From the NCBI GenBank assembly GCA_024709485.1, contig JANJWO010000019.1:33554-97553 (forward strand): DNA of 64,000 nucleotides, in the 5' to 3' direction. Every line of letters starts with the position of its first letter. Position 1 is the first letter of the stretch. Source of the stretch: Hydrogenophilaceae bacterium. GTDB lineage: Bacteria; Pseudomonadota; Gammaproteobacteria; Burkholderiales; Thiobacillaceae. Below are positions 40,115-50,401 of the stretch, piece by piece. The notes beneath the pieces are model-generated. The model had not been told where the DNA came from. It was given only the letters and a program-made list of their open reading frames with translations, and made no database searches. A program made the position numbers and the translations under genes.

Positions 40115-41424
40115 ATATCGGCGTCATCGGCGGCGGCTGGGCGGGCTTTGCCGCCGCCATCGAGCTCGCCCGCGCGGGCCAGCGGGTCACGGTGTACGAA
40201 GCCGGCAAGGTGCTCGGCGGCCGCGCGCGCCGCCTGGCGAGCCCCCAGGAATCGACAGGAGCGCCCGCGCTCGACAACGGCCAGCATCTGCTGGCCGGCG
40301 CCTACGGCGAAAGCTTGCGCCTGATGGAGCTGGTCGATCCCGGCAGCTCGGACGCCGCATTCCTGCGCCTGCCGCTGGCGCTGGTGTATCCGGAAGGGGT
40401 TTCCATACGCGCGCCGCGCCTGCCGGCGCCGCTGCACCTGGCCGCCGCGCTGCTGTTTGCGCGCGGCTTGACGCTTGCCGACAAGCTTGCCGCCATCGGC
40501 TTCATGCGGGCGCTGAAGCAAGTCAATTTCGCGCCCGCGCCGGACGTCACCGTGGCCGAGGCGCTCGCCGACCAGCCCGTGGCAGTGCGGCGCTACCTGT
40601 GGGAGCCGATCTGCGTGGCGGCGCTGAACACGCCGGTCGAGCAGGCCTCCTTTCGGGTCTTCGCGCGGGTGCTGAAGGATGCGCTGACCGGCAAGGCCGC
40701 CAACAGCGATTTCCTGATTCCCGCGCGCGATCTTTCCGCCCTGTTCCCCGAACCGGCGGCCGCCTGGCTGCAGAAAAACGGCGGCGAAGTCAGGACCCGC
40801 ACCCGCATCCGCGCGCTGCAGCGTGCCGGCGCGCAGTGGAAAGCGCAGTGGGACGGCGGCGAGGCGGGGCATGACAGGATCGTGGTCGCCACCGCGCCGG
40901 CGCATGCCGCCAATTTGCTGGCCCCGCTTGCCGATTGCCAGGCGCTCGCAGGCCGGCTCGGCGCCATCGACTATCAGCCCCTGCTCACCGTGTACGCGGC
41001 ATATCCGGCGCTGCCCCGATTCCCCGCGCCCTTGCTCGGCTGGGTGGAGCCGGCGCCCATGTTCATCTTCGACCTGCAGGCCTGCCGCCCGGACATGCAG
41101 TTCGGCATGGCGAACGGCATAGCGGTGGTGGTTTCCGCCGCCGGTCCGCATCTGGAGTGGGACGATGCGCGCTGGGTCGAGGAAATCGATGCGCGCATGC
41201 GCCAGGCCTTCGGCCCGCTGCCGAAACCCCGCCTGCTCAAGCGCATCACCGAAAAGCGCGCGACCTTCGCCTGCCGCCCGGGCATGTTCAGGCCGTCCGT
41301 GAAAACGCCGTGCGCCGGGCTGTTCCTCGCCGGCGACTATCTCGACGGTCCCTATCCCGCCACCCTGGAAGGCGCAGTGCGCAGCGGCGTACAATGCGCA
41401 CAAACCTTGCTCGCGACATCATGA
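40111..41424 (+). CDS. hpnE: Hydroxysqualene dehydroxylase HpnE
   Basis: VIGGGWAG, LGGRAR, DNGQHLLAGAY, YPATLEGAVRSG. Confidence 0.9.
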   Translation: MNIGVIGGGWAGFAAAIELARAGQRVTVYEAGKVLGGRARRLASPQESTGAPALDNGQHLLAGAYGESLRLMELVDPGSSDAAFLRLPLALVYPEGVSIRAPRLPAPLHLAAALLFARGLTLADKLAAIGFMRALKQVNFAPAPDVTVAEALADQPVAVRRYLWEPICVAALNTPVEQASFRVFARVLKDALTGKAANSDFLIPARDLSALFPEPAAAWLQKNGGEVRTRTRIRALQRAGAQWKAQWDGGEAGHDRIVVATAPAHAANLLAPLADCQALAGRLGAIDYQPLLTVYAAYPALPRFPAPLLGWVEPAPMFIFDLQACRPDMQFGMANGIAVVVSAAGPHLEWDDARWVEEIDARMRQAFGPLPKPRLLKRITEKRATFACRPGMFRPSVKTPCAGLFLAGDYLDGPYPATLEGAVRSGVQCAQTLLATS

Positions 41425-42173
41425 CCCTACCTGCACTCCCCGCCTCCGATTCCCTGAAAGACCGCGTCATCCTGGTGACCGGCGCCGGCACCGGCCTCGG
41501 CCGCGAAGCCGCGCTGGCCTATGCCAGACACGGCGCCACCGTGGCCCTGCTGGGGCGCAACGAGAAAAGGCTCGAATCCGTGTACGACGAGATTCTCGCC
41601 GGCGGCGGCGCGGAACCCGCGATGTTCCCCTTCGATCTCGCCGCCGCCGACGACGACGGCTTCGAGCGCCTGGCCGGTACCATTTCCTATCATCTCAAGC
41701 GCCTGGACGGCATCCTGCACAGCGCCGCCGCCTACTTCAGCCTGACCCCGCTGCACCTGCAGACCCTGGAACAATGGAACACGCTGCTGAAGGTCAACCT
41801 GGCCGCGCCCTTCGCCTTGACCCGCGCCTGCCTGCCGCTGCTGCAGGCCTCCCCCGATGCCTCGGTGATCTTCACCGGCGAAACCCACGGCAAGGCACCC
41901 GCCGCCTACTGGGGCGGCTACGCGGTTTCCAAGTCCGGCCTGCATGCGCTGACCGCCATCCTCAGCGAAGAGCTGGAGCAAACCCCGCAGCTCCGGGTGA
42001 ACACCCTGATTCCCGGGCCGGTCAACTCGCCGCTCCGGCGCAAGACCCATCCCGGCGAGCTTCCCGACACCCTGCCGCAAATGTCCGACCTGATGCCCTG
42101 GTACCTGTGGCTGATGGGACCGGAGAGCCGCGAGGTGCGTGGGCAAATTGTCGAGTGCGCACGACCCGCCTGA
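41421..42173 (+). CDS. YciK-like short-chain dehydrogenase
   Basis: TGAGTGLG, AYWGGYAVSK, PGPVNSPLR..THPGE. Confidence 0.85.
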   Translation: MTLPALPASDSLKDRVILVTGAGTGLGREAALAYARHGATVALLGRNEKRLESVYDEILAGGGAEPAMFPFDLAAADDDGFERLAGTISYHLKRLDGILHSAAAYFSLTPLHLQTLEQWNTLLKVNLAAPFALTRACLPLLQASPDASVIFTGETHGKAPAAYWGGYAVSKSGLHALTAILSEELEQTPQLRVNTLIPGPVNSPLRRKTHPGELPDTLPQMSDLMPWYLWLMGPESREVRGQIVECARPA

Positions 42174-42199
42174 TCTCGGTTCCATTCAAACCCCAGGCG

Positions 42200-42273
42200 A
42201 CCCAGAGGCAACAGAGTAAGCAGAGGAAGACAAAGAATGTGATGTCCTCTGTTACCTCTGCTTCCTCTGTGTA
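42200..42273. repeat. 9-bp-period palindromic element, subfamily B (copy 9)
   Basis: ACCCAGAGGCAACAGAGTAAGCAGAGG ... CCTCTGTTACCTCTGCTTCCTCTGTGT, between convergent SDR and radA. Confidence 0.88.
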
Positions 42274-42292
42274 AAACGGTTCTGTTTTTTGG

Positions 42293-43645
42293 TCAGAACA
42301 GCTGGCTGAGTGCCTCGTCCACGCGCTGCACCGGAATCACCTCGATGCCGGCAATTTTCGCTTTGGGCTGATTGGCCGCAGGAATGATGGCATGGGTGAA
42401 GCCGAGCTTGGCGGCTTCCTTCAGGCGTTCCTGCCCGCGCTGCACCGGGCGGATCTCGCCGGCCAGGCCGACTTCGCCGAAGACCACCAGCTTGTCGCGC
42501 ACCGGCTTGCTCTTCATCGAGGACACGATCGCCGCCAGCACTGCGAGGTCGGCGGCGGGTTCGGCGATCTTCACCCCGCCCACCGCGTTGATGAACACGT
42601 CCTGGTCGAAGCAGGCGACGCCGGCATGGCGGTGCAAGACCGCCAGCAGCATGGCGAGGCGGTTGCTTTCCAGGCCGACGGAAAGCCGGCGCGGATTGCC
42701 GCCGTAGGCGGAATCCACCAGCGCCTGGATTTCCACCAGCAAGGGCCGGCTGCCTTCCTGCGTCACCACCACGCAGGCGCCGGGCACCGGCTGGCCGTGG
42801 CGCGAGAGGAACAGCGCGGAAGGATTGGTGACGTTCTTGAGGCCGGTCTCGGTCATGGCGAACACGCCCAGTTCGTTGACCGCGCCAAAGCGGTTCTTGA
42901 ACGCGCGCACCAATCTGAATGATGAACCGGTATCGCCTTCGAAATACAGCACGGTATCGACCATGTGTTCGAGCACGCGCGGTCCGGCCAGCGCGCCTTC
43001 CTTGGTGACGTGGCCGACCAGGAACAAACTGGTGCCGCTGCGCTTGGCATAGCGCGTGAGCTGTGCCGCGCATTCGCGCACCTGCGCCACCGAACCCGGC
43101 GCCGAAGTCAGCGCCTCGGAATACACGGTCTGGATCGAGTCGACCACCGCGACCTGCGGCTTCCGTTCTTCCAGCACGGCGAGGATTTTTTCCAGCTGGA
43201 TCTCGGCCAGCAGCGGCAAGTCGTCGGCCTTGAGGTTCAGGCGCTTGGCGCGCAAGGCCACCTGGCGCGAGGACTCCTCGCCGCTGACATACAGCGTGGG
43301 CAATTGTTCAGATAGATGCGCGAGCGCCTGCAGCAACAAAGTCGATTTGCCGATGCCGGGATCGCCGCCGATCAGCACCACGCCACCCCTGACGATGCCG
43401 CCGCCGAGCACGCGGTCGAGCTCAATGATGCCGGTGGGGATGCGCTCATCCTCGACCGCCTCGACCTCGGCCAGCGACTTCACTTCGCTTGAAGATGCCA
43501 GCGACTGAAAGCGGCTCGCCGCGGCCTTCTCGACCACGGTTTCCACCAGCGTGTTCCAGGCCCCGCAGGCCGGGCACTGGCCCTGCCACTTGGGCGAGCT
43601 GCCGCCGCACTCGGTGCAGGTGTATTGGGTCTTGGCTTTAGCCAT
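42293..43645 (-). CDS. radA: DNA repair protein RadA/Sms
   Basis: C4 zinc finger, GDPGIGKST, KNRFG, Lon-like C-terminal domain. Confidence 0.97.
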   Translation of the reverse strand: MAKAKTQYTCTECGGSSPKWQGQCPACGAWNTLVETVVEKAAASRFQSLASSSEVKSLAEVEAVEDERIPTGIIELDRVLGGGIVRGGVVLIGGDPGIGKSTLLLQALAHLSEQLPTLYVSGEESSRQVALRAKRLNLKADDLPLLAEIQLEKILAVLEERKPQVAVVDSIQTVYSEALTSAPGSVAQVRECAAQLTRYAKRSGTSLFLVGHVTKEGALAGPRVLEHMVDTVLYFEGDTGSSFRLVRAFKNRFGAVNELGVFAMTETGLKNVTNPSALFLSRHGQPVPGACVVVTQEGSRPLLVEIQALVDSAYGGNPRRLSVGLESNRLAMLLAVLHRHAGVACFDQDVFINAVGGVKIAEPAADLAVLAAIVSSMKSKPVRDKLVVFGEVGLAGEIRPVQRGQERLKEAAKLGFTHAIIPAANQPKAKIAGIEVIPVQRVDEALSQLF

Positions 43646-43793
43646 ATGTGTGCCTTCAGTAATCGTAGCGAGCGGCCGTCAGCCGGGCGCGCCCGGAGCG
43701 CAGGAACCGGAATGTATGTGGAAATACATGAGGATTCCGAGCACCGGACGCGCCTGGATCACGGCCGCGCAGTAGATTAATGAAGGCACACAT
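43646..43793. mobile_element. 148-bp RPE-like palindromic element (MITE-like)
   Basis: Perfect 13-bp terminal inverted repeat ATGTGTGCCTTCA, imperfect pairing along the whole length, core GGAGCGCAGGAACCGGAATGTATGTGGAAATACATGAGGATTCCGAGCACC. Confidence 0.8.
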
Positions 43794-44680
43794 CAGGCAG
43801 GGAAAACGCCGGTCGAAAGGTATCTGTCGCCGCGGTCGCAGACGATGGACACGATGACCGCGTTCTCGACTTCTTTCGACAACTGCAGCGCGGCGTACAG
43901 CGCGCCACCGGACGAGACGCCGGCGAAGATGCCTTCCTCGCGCGCCAGCCGGCGCGTGGTTTCTTCCGCATCCTGCTGGCCCACGTAGATCATGCGGTCG
44001 ATCATCTTGAAGTCGCAGATTTTCGGCAGGTAGGCTTCCGGCCATTTGCGGATGCCGGGAATCTGCGCGCCTTCTTTCGGCTGCACGCCGACCACCTGGA
44101 TGGCCGGGTTCACTTCCTTGAAGTAGCGCGAGCAGCCCATGATGGTGCCGGTGGTGCCCATGCTGGAAACGAAATGCGTGATCTGGCCCGCGGTGTCGCG
44201 CCAGATTTCCGGGCCGGTGCCTTCGTAGTGCGCGATGGGATTGTCGGGATTGGAGAACTGGTCGAGCATGATGCCCTGGCCTTCGCGCACCATCTCATCG
44301 GCGATGTCGCGCGCCTTCTCCATGCCGCCTTCCTTCGGCGTCAGCACGATCTTGGCGCCGTAGGCCGCCATGCTCTGGCGGCGCTCGATGGACAGGTGCT
44401 CGGGCATGACCAGGATCATCTTGTAGCCCATCATGGCCGCGGCCATGGCCAGCGCGATGCCGGTGTTGCCGGAAGTCGCCTCGATCAGCGTGTCGCCGGG
44501 CCTGATCTCGCCGCGCGCCTCTGCGCGCCTGATCATGAACAGCGCGGGGCGGTCCTTCACCGAACCGGCCGGATTGTTGCCTTCCAGCTTCAGAAGAATC
44601 GTGTTGCCGGTTTCGCCCGGCATGCGCTTCAACGCCACCAGCGGGGTATTGCCGACGAAATCCTCGATATGTTTCCACAT
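43793..44680 (-). CDS. cysM: Cysteine synthase B
   Basis: KLEGNNPAGSVKDR, EATSGNTG, SSMGTTGT, IPGIRKWP, CDRGDRYLSTGVF. Confidence 0.95.
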   Translation of the reverse strand: MWKHIEDFVGNTPLVALKRMPGETGNTILLKLEGNNPAGSVKDRPALFMIRRAEARGEIRPGDTLIEATSGNTGIALAMAAAMMGYKMILVMPEHLSIERRQSMAAYGAKIVLTPKEGGMEKARDIADEMVREGQGIMLDQFSNPDNPIAHYEGTGPEIWRDTAGQITHFVSSMGTTGTIMGCSRYFKEVNPAIQVVGVQPKEGAQIPGIRKWPEAYLPKICDFKMIDRMIYVGQQDAEETTRRLAREEGIFAGVSSGGALYAALQLSKEVENAVIVSIVCDRGDRYLSTGVFPA

Positions 44681-44682
44681 GG

Positions 44683-45681
44683 CTATTTCCCCGCCAGATA
44701 GTTTACGTAGCGCGTCGTCCCCTCTTCCACCGTAAAAAAGGGCGCATCGTAGCCGGCCGCGCGCAGCGCGCCCATGTCGGCCTCGGTGTAGCTCTGGTAC
44801 TTGCCCTTGAGCGCCTCGGGGAAAGCCATGTACTCGATGATGCCCTGCCCCTGCATCTCGGCCAGAGCGAGCGGCGGCTGGCCGTCGTGCGCGCGGCAGG
44901 CGTTCACCGCCGCCACCGCGACGTCGTTGAAGCTCTGGCAGCGGCCGGTGCCGAGGTTGAAAATGCCGGAGACTTCGGGGTTGTCCAGGCACCAGAGGTT
45001 GACCTTGACGATGTCTTCCACCGACACGAAATCGCGGCGCTGTTCCCCATTGCCGTAACCGTCGCAGCCTTCGAACAGCCTGACCTTGCCGTGCTCGCGG
45101 TACTGGTTGAAGAAATGGAAGGCGACCGAGGCCATGCGCCCCTTGTGCTGTTCGCGCGGGCCGTAGACGTTGAAATAGCGGAAGCCGACGATCTGCGCGC
45201 TGCGCTCGTCCCACATGCGCCGCACGTATTGATCGAACAGGAACTTGGAGTAGCCGTACACGTTGAGCGGGCCTTCGTGCTCGCGCTCTTCGCGGAACAC
45301 GCGACCGGCGCCGTAGACGCTGGCGGAAGACGCGTACAGAAACGGCGCGTCGTTGTCCTGGCAGAACTTCAACAAGGACACCGAATAGCGGTAGTTGTTC
45401 TCCATCATGTAGCGGCCGTCGGTTTCCATGGTGTCGGAGCAGGCGCCTTCGTGGAACACCGCCTCGACGCTGCCATCCAGCACGCCGGTCTCGACGAGGC
45501 CGATGAAATCCTTCTTGTCGAGGTAATCGGCGATTTCGCAGTCGACCAGATTTTTGAACTTGTCGGCCTTGGTCAAATTGTCGACGGCGATGATGTTGGT
45601 CTCGCCGCGCTCGTTCAAGGCCTTGACGATGTTGGCACCGATGAAGCCGGCCGCGCCGGTAACTACGTAATACATGTTCAT
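44683..45681 (-). CDS. hldD: ADP-L-glycero-D-manno-heptose 6-epimerase
   Basis: [52 protein letters not shown]. Confidence 0.95.
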   Translation of the reverse strand: MNMYYVVTGAAGFIGANIVKALNERGETNIIAVDNLTKADKFKNLVDCEIADYLDKKDFIGLVETGVLDGSVEAVFHEGACSDTMETDGRYMMENNYRYSVSLLKFCQDNDAPFLYASSASVYGAGRVFREEREHEGPLNVYGYSKFLFDQYVRRMWDERSAQIVGFRYFNVYGPREQHKGRMASVAFHFFNQYREHGKVRLFEGCDGYGNGEQRRDFVSVEDIVKVNLWCLDNPEVSGIFNLGTGRCQSFNDVAVAAVNACRAHDGQPPLALAEMQGQGIIEYMAFPEALKGKYQSYTEADMGALRAAGYDAPFFTVEEGTTRYVNYLAGK

Positions 45682-46610
45682 TCCTGTCCGAAGAGTTCGG
45701 CCGGCGTCACCACCGCCGTGCCCAGTTTGCCGACGACGATGCCGCCCGCCTTGTTGGCCAGCCGCACCGCTTCCGCGTAATCCGCTCCCGCTGCCAGCGC
45801 CACGGCCAGCGTGGCGATCACCGTATCGCCGGCGCCGGAAACATCGAACACCTCGCGCGCTTGCGCTGCCGCATGCTCGATCTTGCTTTCACGAAACAGG
45901 CTCATGCCTTCCTCGCTGCGCGTCACCAGCAGGGCATCGAGCTTCAATTCCCTGCGCAGCGCCTCGGCCTTGGCCTTGAATTCTTCTTCGTTCTTCCAGC
46001 TGCCCGCCACTTCGCGGAACTCCGCGCGGTTGGGCGTCAGCAGCGTGGCGCCGGCATAGCGCGCGTAATCGTCGCCCTTGGGGTCGACCAGCACGGGCTT
46101 GCCCAGCTCGCGCGCGCACTCGATCATGCGGCTGATGTGCAGCAGGCCGCCCTTGCCGTAGTCGGACAGCACCACCACGTCGCAGTCCCGCACCAGGCGC
46201 TCGAATTCCTCCAGCTTGGCCGACAAGACCTCATGGCTGGGCGGGGTCTCGAAGTCGATGCGCAGCAATTGCTGCTGCCGCCCGATGACGCGCAGCTTGA
46301 TGGTGGTCGCCACGCTGGCGTCCTCGTGCAGGCGGGCGTCGATCTTCTCGGCCTTGAGCAGCCGCAGCAGCGCCTGGCCGGCCTCGTCCGCGCCCACCAC
46401 CGACAGCAGCGCACAGTTCGCGCCCAGCGCCGCGATGTTGCGGGCGACGTTGGCGGCGCCGCCGAGGCGTTCTTCGTTCCTGCCGACTTTGACCACCGGC
46501 ACCGGCGCCTCGGGCGAAATGCGCGAAACATCGCCGAACCAGTAGCGGTCCAGCATCACATCCCCGACCACGAGGATGCGGGCGCGCTGGAGAGTGTGGG
46601 CGTCAATCAT
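45678..46610 (-). CDS. rfaE1: D-glycero-beta-D-manno-heptose-7-phosphate kinase (RfaE1/HldA)
   Basis: [39 protein letters not shown]. Kinase domain only. Confidence 0.93.
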   Translation of the reverse strand: MIDAHTLQRARILVVGDVMLDRYWFGDVSRISPEAPVPVVKVGRNEERLGGAANVARNIAALGANCALLSVVGADEAGQALLRLLKAEKIDARLHEDASVATTIKLRVIGRQQQLLRIDFETPPSHEVLSAKLEEFERLVRDCDVVVLSDYGKGGLLHISRMIECARELGKPVLVDPKGDDYARYAGATLLTPNRAEFREVAGSWKNEEEFKAKAEALRRELKLDALLVTRSEEGMSLFRESKIEHAAAQAREVFDVSGAGDTVIATLAVALAAGADYAEAVRLANKAGGIVVGKLGTAVVTPAELFGQE

Positions 46611-46665
46611 GGAGGATGGCTTCTCGTCTGTCGAAAATCGGGCGGCGGGCGCGCGTTCGCCCTGC

Positions 46666-47832
46666 TCAGTCCTTGCTGAAGAGGTCGCGGGTATAGACCT
46701 TGTCCGCCACGTCGCACAGGTCGTCGGTCATGCGGTTGGCGACGATGACATCCGACAGGCGCTTGAATTCCTCCAGGTCGTTGACCACTCGGGAATGGAA
46801 GAACTCAGCCTCCTTGAGCACGGGCTCGTACACGATGACCTCGATGCCCTTGGCCTTGATGCGCTTCATGATGCCCTGGATGCTGGAGGCGCGGAAATTG
46901 TCCGAGCCGGTTTTCATGATCAGGCGATGGATGCCGACCACGCGAGGATTCATGCGGATGATGGAATCCGCGATGAAGTCCTTGCGCGTGGTGTTCGACT
47001 CGACGATGGCATGGATGAGGTTCTGCGGGACATCGCGATAATTGGCCAGCAGCTGCTTGGTGTCCTTGGGCAGGCAGTATCCGCCATAGCCGAACGAGGG
47101 GTTGTTGTAATGGCTGCCGATGCGCGGATCGAGGCTGACGCCCTCGATGATCTGGCGGCTGTCCAGGCCATGGGTCGAGGCATAGGTGTCCAGCTCGTTG
47201 AAGTAGGCCACGCGCATGGCCAGATAGGTGTTCGCGAACAGCTTGATCGCCTCGGCCTCGGTCGAGTCGGTGAACAGGACGGGAATGTCCTGCTTGATCG
47301 CGCCCTGCTTGAGCAGCTCGGCAAACACCCTTGCCCGTTCCGAACGCTCGCCGACAATGATGCGCGAAGGATGGAGGTTGTCGTGCAGGGCCTGGCCTTC
47401 GCGCAGGAACTCGGGCGAAAAGATCAGCTTGTCGCAGCCCAGCAGCGCCCGGGTCTTGACGGTATAGCCGACCGGCACCGTGGACTTGATCACCATCACC
47501 GCGTTCGGGTTGATCGCCATCACGTCGCGGATTACGGCCTCGATGGAACGCGTGTTGAAATAGTTGGTTTCCGGGTCGTAGTCGGTGGGCGTGGCGATGA
47601 CGACGAAATCCGCCCCTTCGTAGGCTTCGCGCTTGTCCAGCGTGGCACGCAGCTTGAGCGGCTTGTTCCGCAGGTAGTCCTCGATCTCCGCATCCATGAT
47701 GGGCGATTCCTTGCGGTTCAGCATCGCCACCTTCTCGGGAACGATGTCGAGCGCGACGACTTCATTGTGCTGCGAGAGCAGGACCGCGTTGGACAATCCA
47801 ACGTAGCCTGTTCCGGCAATGGCGATTTTCAT
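46666..47832 (-). CDS. ugd: UDP-glucose 6-dehydrogenase (388-aa type)
   Basis: [57 protein letters not shown]. Confidence 0.93.
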   Translation of the reverse strand: MKIAIAGTGYVGLSNAVLLSQHNEVVALDIVPEKVAMLNRKESPIMDAEIEDYLRNKPLKLRATLDKREAYEGADFVVIATPTDYDPETNYFNTRSIEAVIRDVMAINPNAVMVIKSTVPVGYTVKTRALLGCDKLIFSPEFLREGQALHDNLHPSRIIVGERSERARVFAELLKQGAIKQDIPVLFTDSTEAEAIKLFANTYLAMRVAYFNELDTYASTHGLDSRQIIEGVSLDPRIGSHYNNPSFGYGGYCLPKDTKQLLANYRDVPQNLIHAIVESNTTRKDFIADSIIRMNPRVVGIHRLIMKTGSDNFRASSIQGIMKRIKAKGIEVIVYEPVLKEAEFFHSRVVNDLEEFKRLSDVIVANRMTDDLCDVADKVYTRDLFSKD

Positions 47833-47834
47833 TA

Positions 47835-48554
47835 CTACGTTCCTTGCAAAGAATTGATTTCCGCCTGGATGGATCGCAATGCCGCCGGCGGATCGGCGGC
47901 CTGGGTGATCGGGCGCCCGATCACCAGATAATCGGCGCCGGCACGGATCGCCATGCCAGGCGTCATGATGCGCGACTGGTCGCCGGCCTCGGCGCCGGCC
48001 GGCCGGATGCCCGGCGTGACCAGGGCAAAGCCCGCGCCGAGCCGCGCGCGCAGGTCGGCCGCCTCCTGCGCCGAGCACACCACGCCGTCCAGCCCGCTTT
48101 GCCGCGCGAGCCCCGCCAGATGCAGCACCTGCTCGCGCGGGCTGCGATCCACGCCGATTTCGCGCAAGGCCGCTGCGTCCATGCTGGTCAGCACGGTGAC
48201 GCCGATCAACAGCGGCCTGTGCGATGCCTTGTCCACGGCCTCGCGCGCCGCTTCCATCATCTTGCTTCCGCCGCTGGCATGCACGTTGACCATCCACACC
48301 CCCAGCTCGGCGGCGGCGCGGCAGGCCGCCGCCGCGGTGTTGGGAATGTCGTGGAACTTGAGGTCGAGGAACACGCCGAAGCCCTTGCCGACCAGTTCGC
48401 GCACCAGCTGCGGGCCGGCCGCGGTGAACAGCTCCTTGCCGACTTTCAGACGGCAAGCCGCAGGATCCAGTCTTGCCGCCAGCTCCAGCGCCGGCTTTGC
48501 CTCGGGATAGTCGAGCGCGACGATGACGCGCGGATCGGTGTTTGCAGTTTTCAT
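47835..48554 (-). CDS. pyrF: Orotidine-5'-phosphate decarboxylase
   Basis: [45 protein letters not shown]. Confidence 0.96.
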   Translation of the reverse strand: MKTANTDPRVIVALDYPEAKPALELAARLDPAACRLKVGKELFTAAGPQLVRELVGKGFGVFLDLKFHDIPNTAAAACRAAAELGVWMVNVHASGGSKMMEAAREAVDKASHRPLLIGVTVLTSMDAAALREIGVDRSPREQVLHLAGLARQSGLDGVVCSAQEAADLRARLGAGFALVTPGIRPAGAEAGDQSRIMTPGMAIRAGADYLVIGRPITQAADPPAALRSIQAEINSLQGT

Positions 48555-49711
48555 TCTTCGTGCCGTGCTGGGTCGAAACTGTCCCAGCGTCCGCAGGCCG
48601 GGCAGCGCCAGAAGAACTGGCTGGCCTTGAAGCCGCAGCTTGCGCAGTGATAGCGCGTCAGCCGCTGCACATGGCGCTGGATCAGGCTCTTGGCGTTCTG
48701 GATCACCTCGCGGCGGTTTTCCGGCGCGGTGATGAGTTCGGCCTCGGCCAGGCGCTCCAGGGCGTGCAGGCTGGGGTTGCGCCTGAGCTCGTCGCGCGCC
48801 AGCTGGTAGGCGGCGTCCGCACCCTGCGCTTCCATGACGGCGTGGTACAGGGTGTTGAACATGTCCAGCGAGGGATGGCGCGTGAGCAGGCCCTTCAGCC
48901 AGTCGAGCCCCTCTTGCAGGCGATTCAGCTTTTTGAAGTTCTCGAGCATGCGATCGACCACCAGCACCATGTGCGCCGGGCTCTGCGCCTCGATCTGGCG
49001 CCAGGTCGCCAGCGCGGCTTCGTGACGGCCCAGCCCGGCGAGCAGATCGCCCAGCATGATGTTGGCGCGGGTGCACTGGCGATGGATGGCGAGCGCCTCG
49101 TCAAGGTGCTGCTGCGCCAATGCCTGCTCTCCCTTCACCATGTCCAGCGCGGCGAGTTCGCAGTGAAAGTGCGCGATCTCGGCGTTCATCGGCCGCGCCG
49201 ACTGCCGGTCCAGTTCGCTCGCCGCCTGGATGGCCTGGCGCCAGTCCTTTTCCTGGACGTAGATTTCCAGCAGATAACGGCGCGCCTGCCCGGCGAAAGG
49301 CGTTTCCAGCAGCCGCGTGAAGACTTCCTCGGAGCGGTCGAGCAGGCCGGCCTTGAGATAATCCTGGCCCAGTTCGACCAGCGCCTTCAGGCGGTCCTCC
49401 TCGGCCAGGGATTCGCGTTCCAGCAGATTCTCGTGCATGCGGATGGCGCGGTCGAGCTCGCCGCGCTTGCGGAATAGCGCGCCCAGGGTGAAATGCAGGT
49501 CGATGGTTTCCGGGTCGAGCTTCACCACCTCCAGGAAGGCGTCGAGCGCCTTGTCAGGCTGTTCGTTCAGCAGAAAGTTGAGCCCGCGGAAATACGAATT
49601 GGGCACGGTGCGCGACTCGGTGACGACCTGCCTGATGTCGATGCGCGCGGCCAGCCAGCCCAGGGCGAAAAACAGCGGAAACGCCAGCAGCCACCAGATT
49701 TCGAATTCCAT
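48551..49711 (-). CDS. lapB: LPS assembly protein LapB (YciM)
   Basis: N-terminal TM helix, [16 protein letters not shown], TPRs, C-terminal CxxC...CPxC rubredoxin domain. Confidence 0.95.
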   Translation of the reverse strand: MEFEIWWLLAFPLFFALGWLAARIDIRQVVTESRTVPNSYFRGLNFLLNEQPDKALDAFLEVVKLDPETIDLHFTLGALFRKRGELDRAIRMHENLLERESLAEEDRLKALVELGQDYLKAGLLDRSEEVFTRLLETPFAGQARRYLLEIYVQEKDWRQAIQAASELDRQSARPMNAEIAHFHCELAALDMVKGEQALAQQHLDEALAIHRQCTRANIMLGDLLAGLGRHEAALATWRQIEAQSPAHMVLVVDRMLENFKKLNRLQEGLDWLKGLLTRHPSLDMFNTLYHAVMEAQGADAAYQLARDELRRNPSLHALERLAEAELITAPENRREVIQNAKSLIQRHVQRLTRYHCASCGFKASQFFWRCPACGRWDSFDPARHEE

Positions 49712-49717
49712 GCGCGC

Positions 49718-50002
49718 TCAGCCGACAGGAGGTTCGGGCATGCTGGTGCTGGCGTCGATCATGCCGTCCAGTTCGCGGCGCAGCTTGCTGCGCTCACGTC
49801 GCAGGCGGAACAGCGTAGGCAGCAGGGCCAGCAGCCCGAGAAAGGCGCCGAGCATGAAGGCTGAAAGCAGGAGAACCACCAAGGGCGCTTCCCAGAGGTA
49901 GCCGAGAAAATAATGCACCGTCACCGGCTGGCTGTTCTGCAGGGCGAACCCGAGCACTACCGCGAAGATCAGGATTTTGACGGCCCAGCCGAAATAGCGC
50001 AT
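49718..50002 (-). CDS. lapA: LPS assembly protein LapA (YciS)
   Basis: Two TM helices with FALQN..V. Located between ihfB and lapB. Confidence 0.88.
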   Translation of the reverse strand: MRYFGWAVKILIFAVVLGFALQNSQPVTVHYFLGYLWEAPLVVLLLSAFMLGAFLGLLALLPTLFRLRRERSKLRRELDGMIDASTSMPEPPVG

Positions 50003-50047
50003 GTCTTTCTGTGTTTATCCGTTATCCCGAGATTGTACCCGCACAAG

Positions 50048-50077
50048 AAAAACGGCGCACTGCTGCGCCGTTTTTTT
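50048..50077. terminator. Intrinsic terminator after ihfB
   Basis: AAAAACGGCGCA-ctgc-TGCGCCGTTTTTTT. Confidence 0.8.
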
Positions 50078-50092
50078 CATCAAAAGCACCAC

Positions 50093-50380
50093 TCAGGACT
50101 GGTGGTAGTCGACCTTTTCCCGAAGCTCCTTGCCGGCCTTGAAGTGCGGCACATGCTTGGCCGGCACTTCCACCTTTTCGCCCGACTTGGGATTGCGCCC
50201 CATCCGCGCCGGGCGGTAGTTCAGGCAGAAGCTGCCAAACCCGCGTATCTCGATGCGCCCACCCGTGGCCAGGGTCTTGATCATGGCATCGAGTATGGTT
50301 TTCACGGCCAGCTCGGCGTCCGCTCCCTGAAACTGCGGGTGGCGGACGGCGAGCCGTGCAATGAGTTCGGACTTGGTCAT
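50093..50380 (-). CDS. ihfB: Integration host factor beta
   Basis: [36 protein letters not shown]. Confidence 0.97.
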   Translation of the reverse strand: MTKSELIARLAVRHPQFQGADAELAVKTILDAMIKTLATGGRIEIRGFGSFCLNYRPARMGRNPKSGEKVEVPAKHVPHFKAGKELREKVDYHQS

Positions 50381-50401
50381 GCCGCTCAGGGTTTGGCTTC
50401 T

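Noticed and set aside
46666-48456. Apparent long fusion ORFs at ugd (596 aa), pyrF (413 aa), cysM (473 aa), hpnE (619 aa) and the SDR (412 aa)
   Set aside because: The upstream parts are alternate frames of the overlapping upstream genes. Conserved N-termini define shorter CDSs.
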